This document shows, in pieces, positions 39,700 to 52,580 of a DNA stretch of 64,000 bases. Location of the stretch: assembly GCF_001194135.2 (NCBI RefSeq), contig NC_068981.1, positions 162,526,021 through 162,590,020 of the forward strand, read 5' to 3'. Position 1 is the stretch's first letter. The number at the start of each line of letters is the position of its first letter. The stretch comes from Octopus bimaculoides. Taxonomy: Eukaryota. The notes under the pieces are model-generated. The model saw only the letters and a program-made list of their open reading frames with translations, made no database searches and had not been told where the DNA came from. The position numbers and the translations under genes are program-made.

Positions 39700-40330
39700 C
39701 ACTGGCAAGACTTTTTGACAGAACCAATATTTCAGTCTTCATAACATTAATTCTTATGTCTTCCTTGCAGCACTCAGCAGCGAACTTATTCAGTGCATAT
39801 TGGAGATTACATTCTGATAAGCCAAGTAGTATCATGTCTGCAAATATCAGCCAACCAATTGTGATACCAATTCTACAACAGCTGCACATGTCAATCCAGT
39901 TTATAAAAATTATGAAATGGAGAGACTACAATACATACCCAGACTGAAAGGTTTCAACTTATCATCATTTACCCAAGCACAAACATATGGGCATTCATAT
40001 AGGGACTTCACAGAAACCAGAAGTTGTTCATTAGCCCCAAACTCCTGTAAAACTCTCCAAGGCATGTCCTGCGGCATGCAGTCATATGTCTTTTCAAAGT
40101 CTACAAAGCAAACATACACCACTTGGTAATTTTCCCACAATTTCTTGATGACATAGCAAGTGAATATCTGGTTGCTTCTGTTTTGCAAGCTTGGATTCAA
40201 CATTCTCCCGATATCTACTTTCCAGAAACCTGGCATAAACTTTACTGGGAAGCTCAACAAGGAGATTTCTCTATAATTAGGGCACTTTCTTTTGTCGCCC
40301 TTTTTAAAAATTGGGGATTATCACTGTAAC
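39700..40330 (-). mobile_element. RTE-clade reverse transcriptase fragment
   Basis: CFVDFEKTYD..WRVLQEFG..LYE; LIFAD.ILLG..LQYALNKFAAEC..RINVMKTEIL. Confidence 0.85.
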
Positions 40331-40759
40331 AGAGCTATGTATAAACTGCATGGCTTAGTATGCTGAGGCATGATTAAACTGATACCAGTTCTTGTTTACT
40401 TAATTTTTCAGACTATTTTCTCTTAGCTTCTATTGAGATTAAATTCTCAGAAAGAATATCTTGTATGCCACAGAAAATTTGGCTGTCTAAAACTTAGATG
40501 AGAAAAATTGGCAAAGAAAGAAGTGAAGAAATGCTGCAGTATTGCAATGACTCAATGCCTTTCATAATTTTCCCTTGCTGCATAAAAGGAAAAATTATAA
40601 GCTAATGAAACTAGCCACACTCACAAGTACATCTACTCAGCTTATTGAAGATGAAGAATCACCACATCCAACTGACATGAATAGTGAAGCACCATCTTGG
40701 GAGCTAGACCCAGCCATGTGATTTTCTGCCAGAGAAAAGTATTTAACCATGTTCTTTAA

Positions 40760-41941
40760 GTCAAAATCAGCTATTCTCTTATTTAGCCCATCAAAGGGTG
40801 CAGTTTATTATTTTTATTGTGTACATTGATGTCAAGCTGATGTGTTAGGTTTTCCAACAAGGATGGCTTTAAACATTGGAAAAAAATCAGAGGAAGAAAT
40901 AAAGACACATGAACAAAGCCAAAACAGCAGAGATTCTGTGTTGCTGTTCAATATTTTACGTAAGGAATCTTCTCATGCAAACAGGGAATTGGAAAAACAA
41001 GTGCAGGAAAACAAGAAATACTGGACTGATGCATAGTATTTTGTTGTGGCTTATTTCTAGCTGAGAGACATCTGGCATTTAGCCCTTTAATATTTAAACT
41101 GGCTATATCCAGCCAAAATATTTTACCTGCTTTATATTATATATTGAAACTGGTCTGGTCTTGTTTCTCACACCTACCCTACACTGTAAGTGTAGAAATA
41201 AACAAATTATATCATCAAATTCTTGAAGTTACAAGATAATGCATGATTAGCTAAAAACAATGTGAATAAATAAGCATTACATTTGACAAAGTAATCTGAG
41301 CACTAAAGGTTAGAAATAGTGAAGAGATCATAAGATCCAAGCACAATGGGTGTGTTTTTTAGGAATTATGGAACTTACTGCACAATACAATCCATTACTG
41401 ATGGGTCATTTAAAAGCATCTGGCAATCCTGGAAGTGGTATGCCATCATACTTATCACCTACCATTTACAAAGAAATTGTTGTGTTGAATGCAAAATATG
41501 TAAATCATATTATGTGGAGGTGCAATGGCCCAGTGGTTAGGGCAGCGAACTCGCAGTCCTAGGATCGCGGTTTCGATTCCCAGATCAGGCGTTGTGAGTG
41601 TTTATTGCGCGAAAACATCTAAAGCTCCACGAGGCTCTGGCAGGGGATGGTGGTGAACCCTGCTGTACTCTTTCACCACAACTTTCTCTCACTCTTACTT
41701 CCTGTTTCTGTTGTGCCTGTAATTCAAAGGGCCAGCCTTGTCACACTGTGTCACGCTGAATATCCCCCGAGAGCTACGTTAAGGGTACATGTGTCTGTGG
41801 AGTGCTCAGCCACTTGCACGTTAATTTCATGAGCAGGCTGTTCCGTTGATTGGATCAACTGGAACCCTCAACGTAGTAAGCGACAGAGTGCCAACAACAA
41901 CAAAAATCATATTGAGGCAGAACTTAAAACTACCAGGTATT

Positions 41942-41976
<35 letters not shown>

Positions 41977-43485
41977 TAGATTCAACATCAGGCTGGGCTC
42001 ATTGTTTCTGGGAAGCTGATAAAAAGGTTTTCATTTTCCTGCAAACTGGTTCTCACTAAGTAGAAAAAATGGCTACGTCTCTGCCAGAATTTCTGAAAAT
42101 AGATGGTATAAATTTTGAAGACTGCAGGTGCAGTTCCATGACAGCATCAATTACATGTGCAGTCATTACACAGGAATGCAAGCCAGACTTAAGAAAAAGA
42201 ATGTGGGTGCAGTTTTCATTCCCACTACTGCTCACTCATTGAATCTTGTTCAACAAGCTGCTATTTCTGTTGTGTTGATGTTAGCTATTTTGGTTACAAG
42301 CAAAGGTTGCTCACATTTTTTTCTGTGTTGACACACAGATGGGCAAATTTAATGAAATTTTGGAAAAGAAATAAAAGAGCACTAACTCTGAAGTCTTTGT
42401 CAGGAATTCACTTGTCTGCAAGAACTGATGCTACTGAAGCTCTCATTGCATTTGAAATGCATTCAGATATATTGAAGATGATATGGAACGAACAGATGAA
42501 GCATGATGTGAAACTCAGTCATTGGCAGACAAAATGGATTGTCTTGAAACTACTCTGAATATTAAAATCTGGAATTTAATTCCTGTAAGCTTTTCAAAGA
42601 GTTGCAGTTAATCTGAATAAAGTAGTGGATCTAACTGGTTCTTTGGAAAAATTTCTACAAACAAAACACATATAGTTTTGTTCTACTTGCTATAGAAGCA
42701 TAGTCAAATCTTCCTCAAATCTCATCTTGCGATTCTTTAAAAAAAATACATATTAGATATATGCAGTTGAAACAGACACAGTGGTCACAGCTGGAGTATA
42801 TTTGATCATAAGTAGATGCCAGGGGTATATGTGGAAACAGACTACAAAGCAACAACACATAGGCCGAAGGAAAATAAACATAATGTACATCCTACATCAG
42901 CCTCAGAGGAAGTTCTCCTCTCTGCAAGAGAAAAATTCAGATGCGGAACTTCCAATGTCATTTTAGATAAGTTGTTTGCTACTTTATAAATACACAGGGC
43001 AGCCTATAAATCAGTGCATGATAAGTTCAAAGTTATTATGAACTTGTGTAGTTTATGATGCAGAGATAAGAACTGAAGCTGATAAGTTCATCAGTGCTTT
43101 TCCCCCGTGATTTTAGTAATGTATTCAGAGAAGAAATTGCAGTTTACAGCCTTTTGTAAGCGCAGGTAATGTTTCACTCTATCTCAACAGCAACTTTTAA
43201 TCCATAATGAAGAGCTTGCTGAATACTTCTCTGCTGTTTATGTAGCTCTTAGAATGTATTTGAGCTCGACAGTCATTTGTTGTTCGGGAGAGAGGTCATT
43301 CAGTAAAGTGGGACTGATAAAAAGAATTGTCTGAGAACTGCAATGTAGTATGAAAGACTAATTATTCTTTGCCTTCTGGATGTAGAAAGCAGCGTTCTAA
43401 AGATGATACAGCTTGAGGAAATCATTAATGATTTTTCTGATGCAAAGTGTAGAAAAAAAGATAATTTTTGTAGGTATTGTAATAG
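40760..43485 (+). mobile_element. hAT transposase pseudogene (TTF-zinc-finger / DUF4371 type) with nested insertions
   Basis: FSPSKGAVY, HEQSQ..KKYW, FLGIMEL..SYLSPTI, YFS..VDST, DCR..AHSLNLV, FFSV..HRW..LS..SAR.DA, and dimerisation domain CSGERSFSK..LR..ERL. Confidence 0.88.
41512..41903 (+). mobile_element. Family C SINE (tRNA-Arg-like head), full length, 10-bp TSD
   Basis: TSD aaatcatatt at 41502-41511 and 41904-41913; head 'ggaggtgcaatggcccagtggttaggg..actcgcag..gtttcgattcc'; (CAA)n tail. Probably one of the octopus OR-type SINEs, mapping not verified. Confidence 0.92.
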
Positions 43486-43862
43486 TATATAACAAGAAAG
43501 TGATAAAACTTGCTGTACTTAGTTTAGATGAGAAAATTTTGCATTATCAGGTGCATTTCAACTACCTATGTGTTAACTTGTCAACTTCAGTTACATGCAG
43601 CAGACAAGTTTTGGTGATTTGTCATGGATTTTAAAGAGAGAACTGGTTTCTTATAATGATACAAAGTTCCATTATTGAAATGTAGATAAAAACAAATTTA
43701 CATTTTAAACTTGAGAAAGTTTTGCATATCTTTTATTGTTCCACTTACACATTGTATTTATAATGTGCCTGCTAGTTGGTTAATTACATTTTTGAAAAAC
43801 CCAGCTTTTCCTGATTTTCACTTAGGCCTTTATTAACAAAACTAAGTGCACCAATTATTATA

Positions 43863-44767
43863 AGTGTCGATAGCTTCCGCTATCTGGGCGAGCAAGTTAG
43901 TAGTGGGGGTGGGTGCGCTGAAAGTGTAGCTGCTAGAATAAGAATAGCCTGGGCAAAGTTTAGAGAGCTCTTACCCCTGCTGGCGACAAAGGGACTCTCA
44001 CTCCGAGTAAAAGGCAGACTGTATGACGCATGTGTACGAACAGCCATGCTACATGGCAGTGAAACATGGGCTGTAACTGCTGAGGACATACGTAAGCTTG
44101 CAAGGAATGAAGCCAGTATGCTCCGTTGGATGTGTAATGTCAATGTGAATACACGTCAGAGTGTAAGTATCTTGAGAGAAAAGCTGAACATTAGAAGCAT
44201 CAGTTGTGGTGTGCAAGAGAGATGATTACGCTGGTATGNNNNNNNNNNNNNNNNNNNNNNNNNNNNNNNNNNNNNNNNNNNNNNNNNNNNNNNNNNNNNN
44301 NNNNNNNNNNNNNNNNNNNNNNNNNNNNNNNNNNNNNNNNNNNNNNNNNNNNNNNNNNNNNNNNNNNNNNNNNNNNNNNNNNNNNNNNNNNNNNNNNNNN
44401 NNNNNNNNNNNNNNNNNNNNNNNNNNNNNNNNNNNNNNNNNNNNNNNNNNNNNNNNNNNNNNNNNNNNNNNNNNNNNNNNNNNNNNNNNNNNNNNNNNNG
44501 TTGCCAGTGCCCCTGGACTGGCTTGTGCGGGTGGCACATAAAAGACACCATTTCGAGCGTGGCTGTTTTCGTGCAGGTGACACGTAAAAGCACCCACTAC
44601 ACTCTCTGAGTGGTTGGCGTTAGGAAGGGCATCCAGCTGTAGAAACTCTGCCAAACTAGACTGGAGCCTGGTGTTGCCATCCGGTTTCACCAGTCCTCAG
44701 TCAAATCGTCCAACCCATGCTAGCATGGAAAGCGGACGTTAAACGATGATGATGATGATGATGATGA
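43863..44767 (+). mobile_element. RTE LINE, 5'-truncated, young: ORF2 C-terminus plus modular 3'UTR
   Basis: VDSFRYLGEQVSSGGGCAESVAARIRIAWAKFRELLPLL..KGRLYDACVRTAMLHGSETW..LRWY, then a gap, the 3'UTR and (GAT)n at 44745-44767. Confidence 0.93.
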
Positions 44768-44839
44768 ATTTATAGTCTGGATATAGAAACTGAAAGTTTC
44801 AAAGCATTTGTCTATGGTAATTCTCTTTCTGTTTGATTT

Positions 44840-45060
44840 TTTAAGAAATATTCACATCAGCAGGGCAGCAAGCCTTTATGACAGTAGGTAATCTTTCTTG
44901 TCTGCTCCAGACAACACTATTTGGCCTGTTATGTCTGCACTGAGGAGAAGTTTTGATGGGATTGTTCCACCAATATTCCTTGTGCATCTGTGTGTGTGTT
45001 CATTCTTACAAAGTGTTGGTCTTGTGCCAATGTAAGAAATCTTTATTTTTGAGAAACTCA
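44840..45060 (-). mobile_element. R4/Dong-like restriction-like endonuclease fragment
   Basis: YWWNNPIKTSPQCRHNRPNSVVWSRQERLPTVIKACCPADVNI, matching the 'W..PI.T..HNRPD...CP.D.NI' RLE pattern. Confidence 0.65.
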
Positions 45061-45596
45061 GTTGGAGGTAAATTAAAATTGAAACCAGCATAAATTGAAC
45101 ACAGGCCAGTGAAGTACCTTACTAAAACAAAAAAAAATAAATCATTTAGTTTTGGTGCCAAATTTACCACTTCTATAAACAGACATAGACTTTAGTACAA
45201 AATTATAAATCTAACAGGAAGTGTTAATTTAGAATATTAAAACACGGAAATTATTCAATAGACCACTCAGATTATTGAACCAAAGATTATTGATGAAGTG
45301 TTAGTGTTCGGCTAACCATTAGGATTAGGTGTGGCTTTGGAAGAATAAAAAATGTCTCCAAGAGCAAAGAAAAACAAGAAGAAAACATGCATAACAAAAG
45401 TGAATTTTACAAATATACTTGTGTACTTTATATATTTAAAAATAATTATTAATTTAAATAATTTTCTTACTTTAAAGTTTGTTCTTACTTGAAAAGTAAT
45501 TTTAAGAAGTAGCTAAACTTACTGTCAGTCTTTTGCTAAGTAAATGTATCACTGGTTATTGCTTCTATAACTAAGAAATTCATAACTAATGAATAC

Positions 45597-45657
<61 letters not shown>

Positions 45658-45670
45658 CATCATTATTATT

Positions 45671-46218
45671 GAGTGAGAGAGCAGTGCATGCCATCAAAGT
45701 GACACCAGGGGAAAATATACGAAGCCCAGTATAGCCATCATGACTACCCGTCTGATAAGGGTACACCAGGCACATGCATCACAACCATGTGTGCGCGACA
45801 TGGTGATCTTATATCAAGGTACACAGCGCATGACCTCGCAGGTGGGGCCCAGTTAGAATTTTCTTCAGGTCAAGTAGCCCATGCTACTCAAAAGGTTCCT
45901 GAATAAGGTTTGTTTAAGGATGTTGAACAAAACACCCATGTTTCCAGAGGTGAATTATTCAAACCCCAAAGAATTCCTCTCAACACATGGCTATGATGCT
46001 CCCCCACTACTTCTGCTCATGATCAGAGATGCACATATTGTCAGCCACCAAGGGACATGCTCAACTGGTTAAGGTCAAACAACTGACAAGCAAATCTGTG
46101 GTATTGAGCAGAATATTTTCTGTAGCCCATCTTTTATGCCAAGACAAAACAATGTACATGATAACACTTTCAGTCAATTAAGATCAGAAGCCATGAGAGC
46201 CACTGCCTGGTACTGCAT
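45671..46218 (-). mobile_element. About 550-bp non-coding retroposon-like element embedded in (TAA)n
   Basis: (ATT)n on both sides (45596-45670, 46219-46233); minus-strand 3' end 'ctctctcactcaataataat'; no Pol III boxes or ORF recognised. Confidence 0.6.
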
Positions 46219-46235
46219 ATTATTATTATTATTGT

Positions 46236-46278
<43 letters not shown>

Positions 46279-46279
<1 letters not shown>

Positions 46280-46500
46280 AGGTGGCAAACTGACAGAATC
46301 ATTAGCACGCTGGGCAAAAGACTTAACAGTATTTTGTCTGCTGCTACGTTCTGAGTTTAAATTCTGCCAAGGTCGACTTTGCCTTTCATCCTTTCAGGGT
46401 TGATGAAATAAGTACCAGTTAAGCACTGCAGTTGATGTACTCGACTAACCCCCTGCCCCAAAAATTTTCAAGGCCTTGTGCCTAGAGTAGAAATTATTAT
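46279..46500 (+). mobile_element. Family B SINE, alternative tail
   Basis: Preceded by (ATT)/(CTA)n; ends 'ggccttgtgcctagagtagaaattattatt'. Confidence 0.85.
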
Positions 46501-46624
46501 TATTACTAAATTATACCTCTCTTTTCCTTTTCATCACTACAAATACTAGCCCTCTCAATGCTTGACGATCTCTCTCATAGCAACCAGAATTATTTATATA
46601 TTTATGTGTGTGTGTGTGTGTACA

Positions 46625-46960
46625 TGACAGGCATCAAGTCATTCACAAGTGCTACAAATAACATGTAGTCCAGTACAACTTGTTACATGGTTAGTGTGAT
46701 ATTCTAACGTTCTGTGGTTTCTTCACAGGTAGAGAGTTATCTCCCTTATATGACTTTGTTAACTTCACGACCGGGTCTGACCACACTTATAAATGACGGT
46801 CTCCTGGAAGGCAAAGAGAAGAGTCTCTTGCCGTGATGTTCTCCGGAATACGTAATAATTCCTGATGTTTGATACGTTGTGACCATTCCGGTGTCCCTTT
46901 GATCTATGGACTATATTCTCTGGATAGGTTAAAATGAGTTATAACCCTTTCAATTGGTTC
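46625..46960 (-). mobile_element. Penelope-like RT thumb/linker fragment
   Basis: YPENIVHRSK..ETLLFAFQETVIYKCGQT, then a Cys-rich CTGLHVICSTC; decayed. Confidence 0.4.
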
Positions 46961-47272
46961 CAATTTTGACTTAGATATAATAAGATATTTTTGTCAGGTT
47001 GTCAGCAACTAAACTAGCGACCCCCACCAGGCTTGCCTAGTGAGGAGGGTTACTAGAAGCATGGAAGGACAAAAACAAAACAATACCAGTCAAAAGTATA
47101 GATGAAATAACGTAGAGTAAACAACTATTTAGCAATAACACAATGGTGTTATACTTGTGAGGCTGCATGTGAATGATATAACAACACCATGCAAATATTT
47201 AATAGTAACTTTTATTTCACTGCCCGAGTAATATTTAAGTTGGTCATGAATTATAAAGTTTGTAAAACTATA

Positions 47273-47679
47273 CTCTTTTACTCTTTTACTTGTTTCAGTC
47301 ATCTGACTGCGGCCATGCTGGAGCACCGCCTTTAGTCGAGCAAATCAACCCCGGGACTTATTTTTTGTAAGCCTAGTACTTATTCTATCGGTCTTTTTTA
47401 GCCGAACCGCTAAGTTACGAGGGACGTAAACACACCAGCATCGGTTGTCAAGCGATGTCGGGGGGACAAACACAGACACACAAACACACACATATATATA
47501 TATATACATATATACGACGGGCTTCTTTCAGTTTCCGTCTACCAAATCCACTCACAAGGCTTTGGTCGGCCCGAGGCTATAGTAGAAGACACTTGCCCAA
47601 GGTGCCACGCAGTGGGACTGAACCCGGAACCATGTGGTTGGTAAGCAAGCTACTTACCACACAGCCACTCCTGCGCCTA
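47273..47679 (-). mobile_element. Family A SINE, complete and young
   Basis: Complete head to tail, CpGs intact. Confidence 0.93.
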
Positions 47680-48357
47680 TGTAGCATGTCTGCAAAACAT
47701 TAGCTGCTGTCCATAAGGTTGAGTAATAGTCTTAAGAATGACTGTTTAAAAGTAGCAAGTGAATGAATCGGCCGGTCACTGCACAAATATGATGGCAAGA
47801 GTGGAGATGTCATTTCACTCATTTGTTTATAAAACTCTGCTAAGTTGGCACTCGAAATGAGCCTATTTATAACCCTTGAACTGAGCTGTTCTAGAATGAT
47901 CTAGAATGATGTATCATGTGAAGTCTGGTTGTTAATTGGTCCTTAACTTGGCCTCTCAAGTGAGCAAGGCTGTGCTTTGTCATGACTTAAACTTTGTAAT
48001 CTGACAACTCAATCTTGAGTCTTGCTACAGTGGCACAAAAATATTTGCAATGGTGAACTAGCATGTGACAAAACCACTTAAGAATGATAGGGCCCTTGAT
48101 TATAGTTAGAACAGCTATCTAAGTAAAGGATACTCTGAAACAAAAGTCATGACACTGATGGTCAGCTTCAGACCATCCAAACCAATGATGGACTACTTGG
48201 TGGAAAACTGTTTTACCTTAAAAGTGAACACAGCTTTGTGTATGCTTCACTTACTGTCATCAGTTTCATGTTCAGGGACTTTTTAGAATACACACTCTAT
48301 TGTAAGACAAGGTGTTGTGGAAGTGAAAAGTAGTGAAACATGCAATTGTAGACTATA

Positions 48358-48757
48358 GGCGTAGGAGTGGCTGTGTGGTAAGTAGCTTGCTTACCAACCA
48401 CAAGGTTCTGGGTTCAGTCCCACTGCATGGTATCTTGGGCAAGTGTCTTCTACTATAGCCTCGGGCCGACCAAAGCCTTGTGAGTGGACTTGGTAGACGG
48501 AAACTGAAAGAAGCCTGTCGTATATATGTATATATATGAGTGTGTATGTTTGTGTGTCTGTTTTTGTCCCCCTAGCATTTCTTGACAACTGATGCTGGTG
48601 TGTTTATGTCGCTGTCACTTAGCAGTTTGGCAAAAGAAACCGATAGAATAAGTACTAGGCTTACAAAGAATAAGTCCCGGGGTTGATTTGCTTGACTAAA
48701 GGTGGTGCTCCAGCATAGCCACATTCAAATGACTGAAACAAGTAAAAGAGAGTAACG
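48358..48757 (+). mobile_element. Family A SINE, complete, 8-bp TSD
   Basis: agactata at 48350-48357 and 48758-48765. Confidence 0.9.
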
Positions 48758-48789
48758 AGACTATACACAGGTGGTTTGGAATGTTGGTC

Positions 48790-49050
48790 ACTTCTTCCTC
48801 AAACTATGTCAATAAAGAGATCCAGTAGCACTTTGAGTAACTGAACAGCCTTTCCTAAGGATAACACTGTTCACCTATTAATCAGGAATGACTTAGAAAA
48901 GACGGGTCAAATAAAGATTGTCTATTCTTGAAGTGGAGAGAAACCTTATGGTATACAGTTGTCCTCTCTTTGCAGGCTTCCGTGTTGACATCCAAGAAAT
49001 TGACAACTTTCCAAAAAGTGGTCATACTTGGTCAAGTTGGATTTCCACTA
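48790..49050 (-). mobile_element. Penelope-like RT C-terminal fragment
   Basis: VVNFLDVNTEACKERTTVYHK, matching the PLE 'FLD....T.VY.K' pattern. Confidence 0.5.
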
Positions 49051-49719
49051 TGTGTATTTTTGTAAGTCTGTGAATGTGTGTGTGTGTGTGTGTGTGCGTG
49101 CGAAAAAATAGTCAACAAAGCTGCACAAAGACTGGAATTGCCACTTTAGAGCAAAAAAATACTTTAGTTCTAATTTGTTACCAACCCTGAACAAAACTCA
49201 AGTAAGACCTACATCAAAATATTGCTCACAATACCAGAACAGTGCAGCTACTACATGAATCGGTATCCAAGACCAAATATAAAAGAAGGCCATTTAACTG
49301 ATTGGCAGAGATTTAATCACCAACAGGATTCAACTACTATCGCCTAAAAATGTTGTTCTGTTTCTTCTGTTCTCCAGCAATTTCTCCTCTAGAGATATAC
49401 ATAGAAATAGAAACTGATGTTGCGATAGCCAGTAAGATTACTAAAAATAATTTTTTGCATCAGGAAAGGGGAAAATATTACCTTTTGGTATTGATACATC
49501 TTCTGTTACTAATGATTGTGTGTGTGTGCATATATGTATATATACAGCAGGCTTCCATACTGTTTCCATCTACCAAATTCACTCACAAGTCATTGGTCAG
49601 CCTGAGGCTATACTAGAAGACACTTGCCCAAGGTGCTGCACAGTGGGACTGAACTCCAAATCACTTGGTTTCAAAACCAGCTTGTTGACCACACAACCTT
49701 GTCAGAAACAAAGATAATA

Positions 49720-50110
49720 GTTGTTTCTAATATAGGCACAAGGCCAGAAAATTCAGTAGGAAAGAAAACAGAAAGGCAGCAAGCTAGCAAAATTATTAGC
49801 ATGCAGGGGCAAAATGCTTAGCGGCATTTCGCCTGTCTTTACATTCTGAGTTCAAATTCCACCAAAGTCAACTTTGCCTTTTATCCTTTCAGGGTTAATG
49901 AAATAAGTACCAGTTGACCATTAGGGGTCAATGTAATCGACTTACTCCATTTCCCAAATTTGCTGGCCTTGTGCCAAAATTTGATATCATTATATTGACA
50001 ACAGCACTTGGAAAGATGAAAAGCAGAGTTGACTCCAGCAGAATTGAACCTGAACCATAGAGAACTGAAACAAATACTGCAAGGCATTTTGTCCAATTCT
50101 GAAAATCCAA
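49720..50110. mobile_element. Cluster of decayed family B SINE pieces in both orientations
   Basis: 'gcaaaatgcttagcggcatttcg..gagttcaaattcc' on + and tail pieces on -. Confidence 0.75.
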
Positions 50111-50907
50111 CAGCAAAGCAAACAAGTTTTTATTACATGAGAACGTGACTCCATGATACAATTGAAAAAATTTTTGCACATCTCCAATACAATATTGATT
50201 TCTAATATCAAATATAGATTTCTAGCTTTTACTCCAAGTATGGTATTATACACATGATATATTGAGAATAGTTCACTTAATGAATTAAACAGAAAACATG
50301 AGATGGAGGTGTTATTCCTATCATTACCCTGAAGTCAGTTTTTGATATATAACTAAGCACCATATCAAGTATCTTCAAACTGAAATCTATTTCAATAATT
50401 CTATTGTAAGTGCTTAGAGAAATTGATTATTATTATATATTTGTGAGTAAGAAGCATAAGAAATGCAGCTTCAAATATCATTTCAAGCTTAATTCCTTGA
50501 GAGACTAATCTCTTTGAGAATATCATAAACATCATGAATTTGTCTTCTTCTGTATGCCGAGCCTTTGTACTTGGGGAAAAAAAATTGTTTTAAAAAAAAC
50601 ACTAATAGCAGAAAGCATTGTTAATGAGGTATGACTTTTTTTTTTATTGTTGTTGTTTTTTGTTATTTTTTCTGCAGCTTTCATATAATTACTTGCAGTG
50701 TGAATTTAACTCACTGAACTACAACTAAGCACTGAAAGCTCTTTTCTTTGCCGAACTACAGTTACAGTTAAGTACTAAAAGATCTGCACATTGTAAGAAC
50801 TAGAATTAGAATATACAGTCGAAACCAAAACCTTACAGAAAAAAAATTGAAATCTAAGAACCATACGGGAAATTAATCTTAGGAATGTGATTGATTCTCA
50901 TGTGTAA

Positions 50908-50940
<33 letters not shown>

Positions 50941-51748
50941 CATACATATATATATATATATACACATACATACATATATATATATATATAATCATCATCG
51001 TCATCATTGTCATCATAGTCATCATCATCATCATTGTCATCATCGCCATCATCATCATTATTGTCATTGTCATCACCATCATCGTCATCATCGTCGTCAG
51101 AGTACTACACCAAGCCCAAATGTCTGTTATGGCTTGGTTTATATCAGTCTCTTTTTGCCAAACCACTAAGTTACAGGCACATAAACAAACCAACACCCGT
51201 TGTCAAGCAATAGTGGGCAACCGATACAATGAAACACACGCAGACACACATACACACACAATGGTATTCATGCATGCACACACACACACGCATATGTATA
51301 TATATATTTATGCAGATATACATACACTTACCTGATTGCTTCTAAATTAGTGGAGAATGACTGGATACATGCATAGATGCGTGAACTGAATATTTCCTAA
51401 TACTTAAATAGATAACATTTGGAAAACTTATCTACACCAAACACACACACGGGCAATTATACTCTCCTTTCTCCTCACCCCACCCCACTTCCTTCTCTTC
51501 CTTTCACACTCTCTCTTTTTCCTAGCTCTCTTCTCTCATATCTTGAACTATGAGCCAGATTGCATCGCCACTTCCGATCCTACTATCCCATTACCCAATT
51601 CCCATTTTACACCAAACCCACAACGTAAACAGATGTAAATTTTGCAGTGTTTCCATTTCCTTTTGTTTTTACTCTTCTTAACCCTTTTATACACACACGT
51701 AGAAACCTGAAATGTGAAACCCTCTTCTATTTATTTTCCCATGGCAAA

Positions 51749-52126
51749 CTCTCTTTACTCTCTTACTTGTTTCAGTCATTTGACTGCTGGGGCACCGCCT
51801 TTAGTCGAGCAAATTGAATTATTCTTTGTAAGCCCAGTACTTATTCTTGCGGTCTCTTTTGCCGAACCGCTAAGTGACGGGGACATAAACACACCAGCAT
51901 CGGTTGTCAAGCAATGCACACACACACAAACACATATACATATATATAAGAGAGTATATATACGACGGGTTTCTTTCAGTTTCCGTCTACCAAATCCACT
52001 CACAAGGCTTTGGTCGGCCCGAGGCTATAGTAGAAGACACTTGCCCAAGATGCTACGCAGTGGGACTGAACCCGGAACCGTGTGGCTGGTAAGCAAGCTA
52101 CTTACCACATAGCCACTCCTGCGTAT
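51749..52126 (-). mobile_element. Family A SINE, complete
   Basis: Tail-to-head order intact. Confidence 0.9.
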
Positions 52127-52462
52127 ACGGCATATGTATTTTCATTACATACATTCTTCGATTAGTAATGGGTTTTATTTTTCTATGCTCTTTCTACAAC
52201 CTATTTCCTTATCTAACTTAATATATTGTTTATTTCTTTGATTCCACCTTATCTTTCTATTTCCTTTGCCTTTTTTGTGTTTTCTCATTACTCTCTTTTT
52301 CTCTATTTACATGCGTGAGTGTGTGCCTTTTGCGCATGCGTGTGTGTAAAACAAAATATGAGGGATTGATTATAAGATATTTAGTCGCACCATCTTACGT
52401 ACATTTCATTAACAATCGTTGATTATTGGTTACTTAATGCAAATTACATTATCAACACTTAC

Positions 52463-52510
52463 TGTCAAAACAACGTCAGGGACGTAACTATTAAACTCAA
52501 TATTATTGGA
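52463..52510 (-). other. Candidate 48-nt symmetric exon (unverified)
   Basis: ttatcttttcAG|tccaat...ttgaca|GTAAGT; phase 0 reading SNNIEFNSYVPDVVLT; sits at the CpG boundary. Confidence 0.3.
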
Positions 52511-52519
52511 CTGAAAAGA

Positions 52520-52535
52520 TAACAGTATCCACCAC

Positions 52536-52580
<45 letters not shown>

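Noticed and set aside
41514-41592. tRNA-Arg gene (also 63915-63986 and other heads)
   Set aside because: No proper acceptor stem; continuous with a SINE body, tail and TSD.
41938-41980. GT..polyT..AG mini-intron
   Set aside because: A poly-T expansion inside the hAT YFS..VDST motif, not a host intron.
48155-48200. Hairpin gatggtc/gaccatc with hammerhead-like flanks
   Set aside because: Core incomplete (CAAA instead of GAAA, no GA, no stem I).
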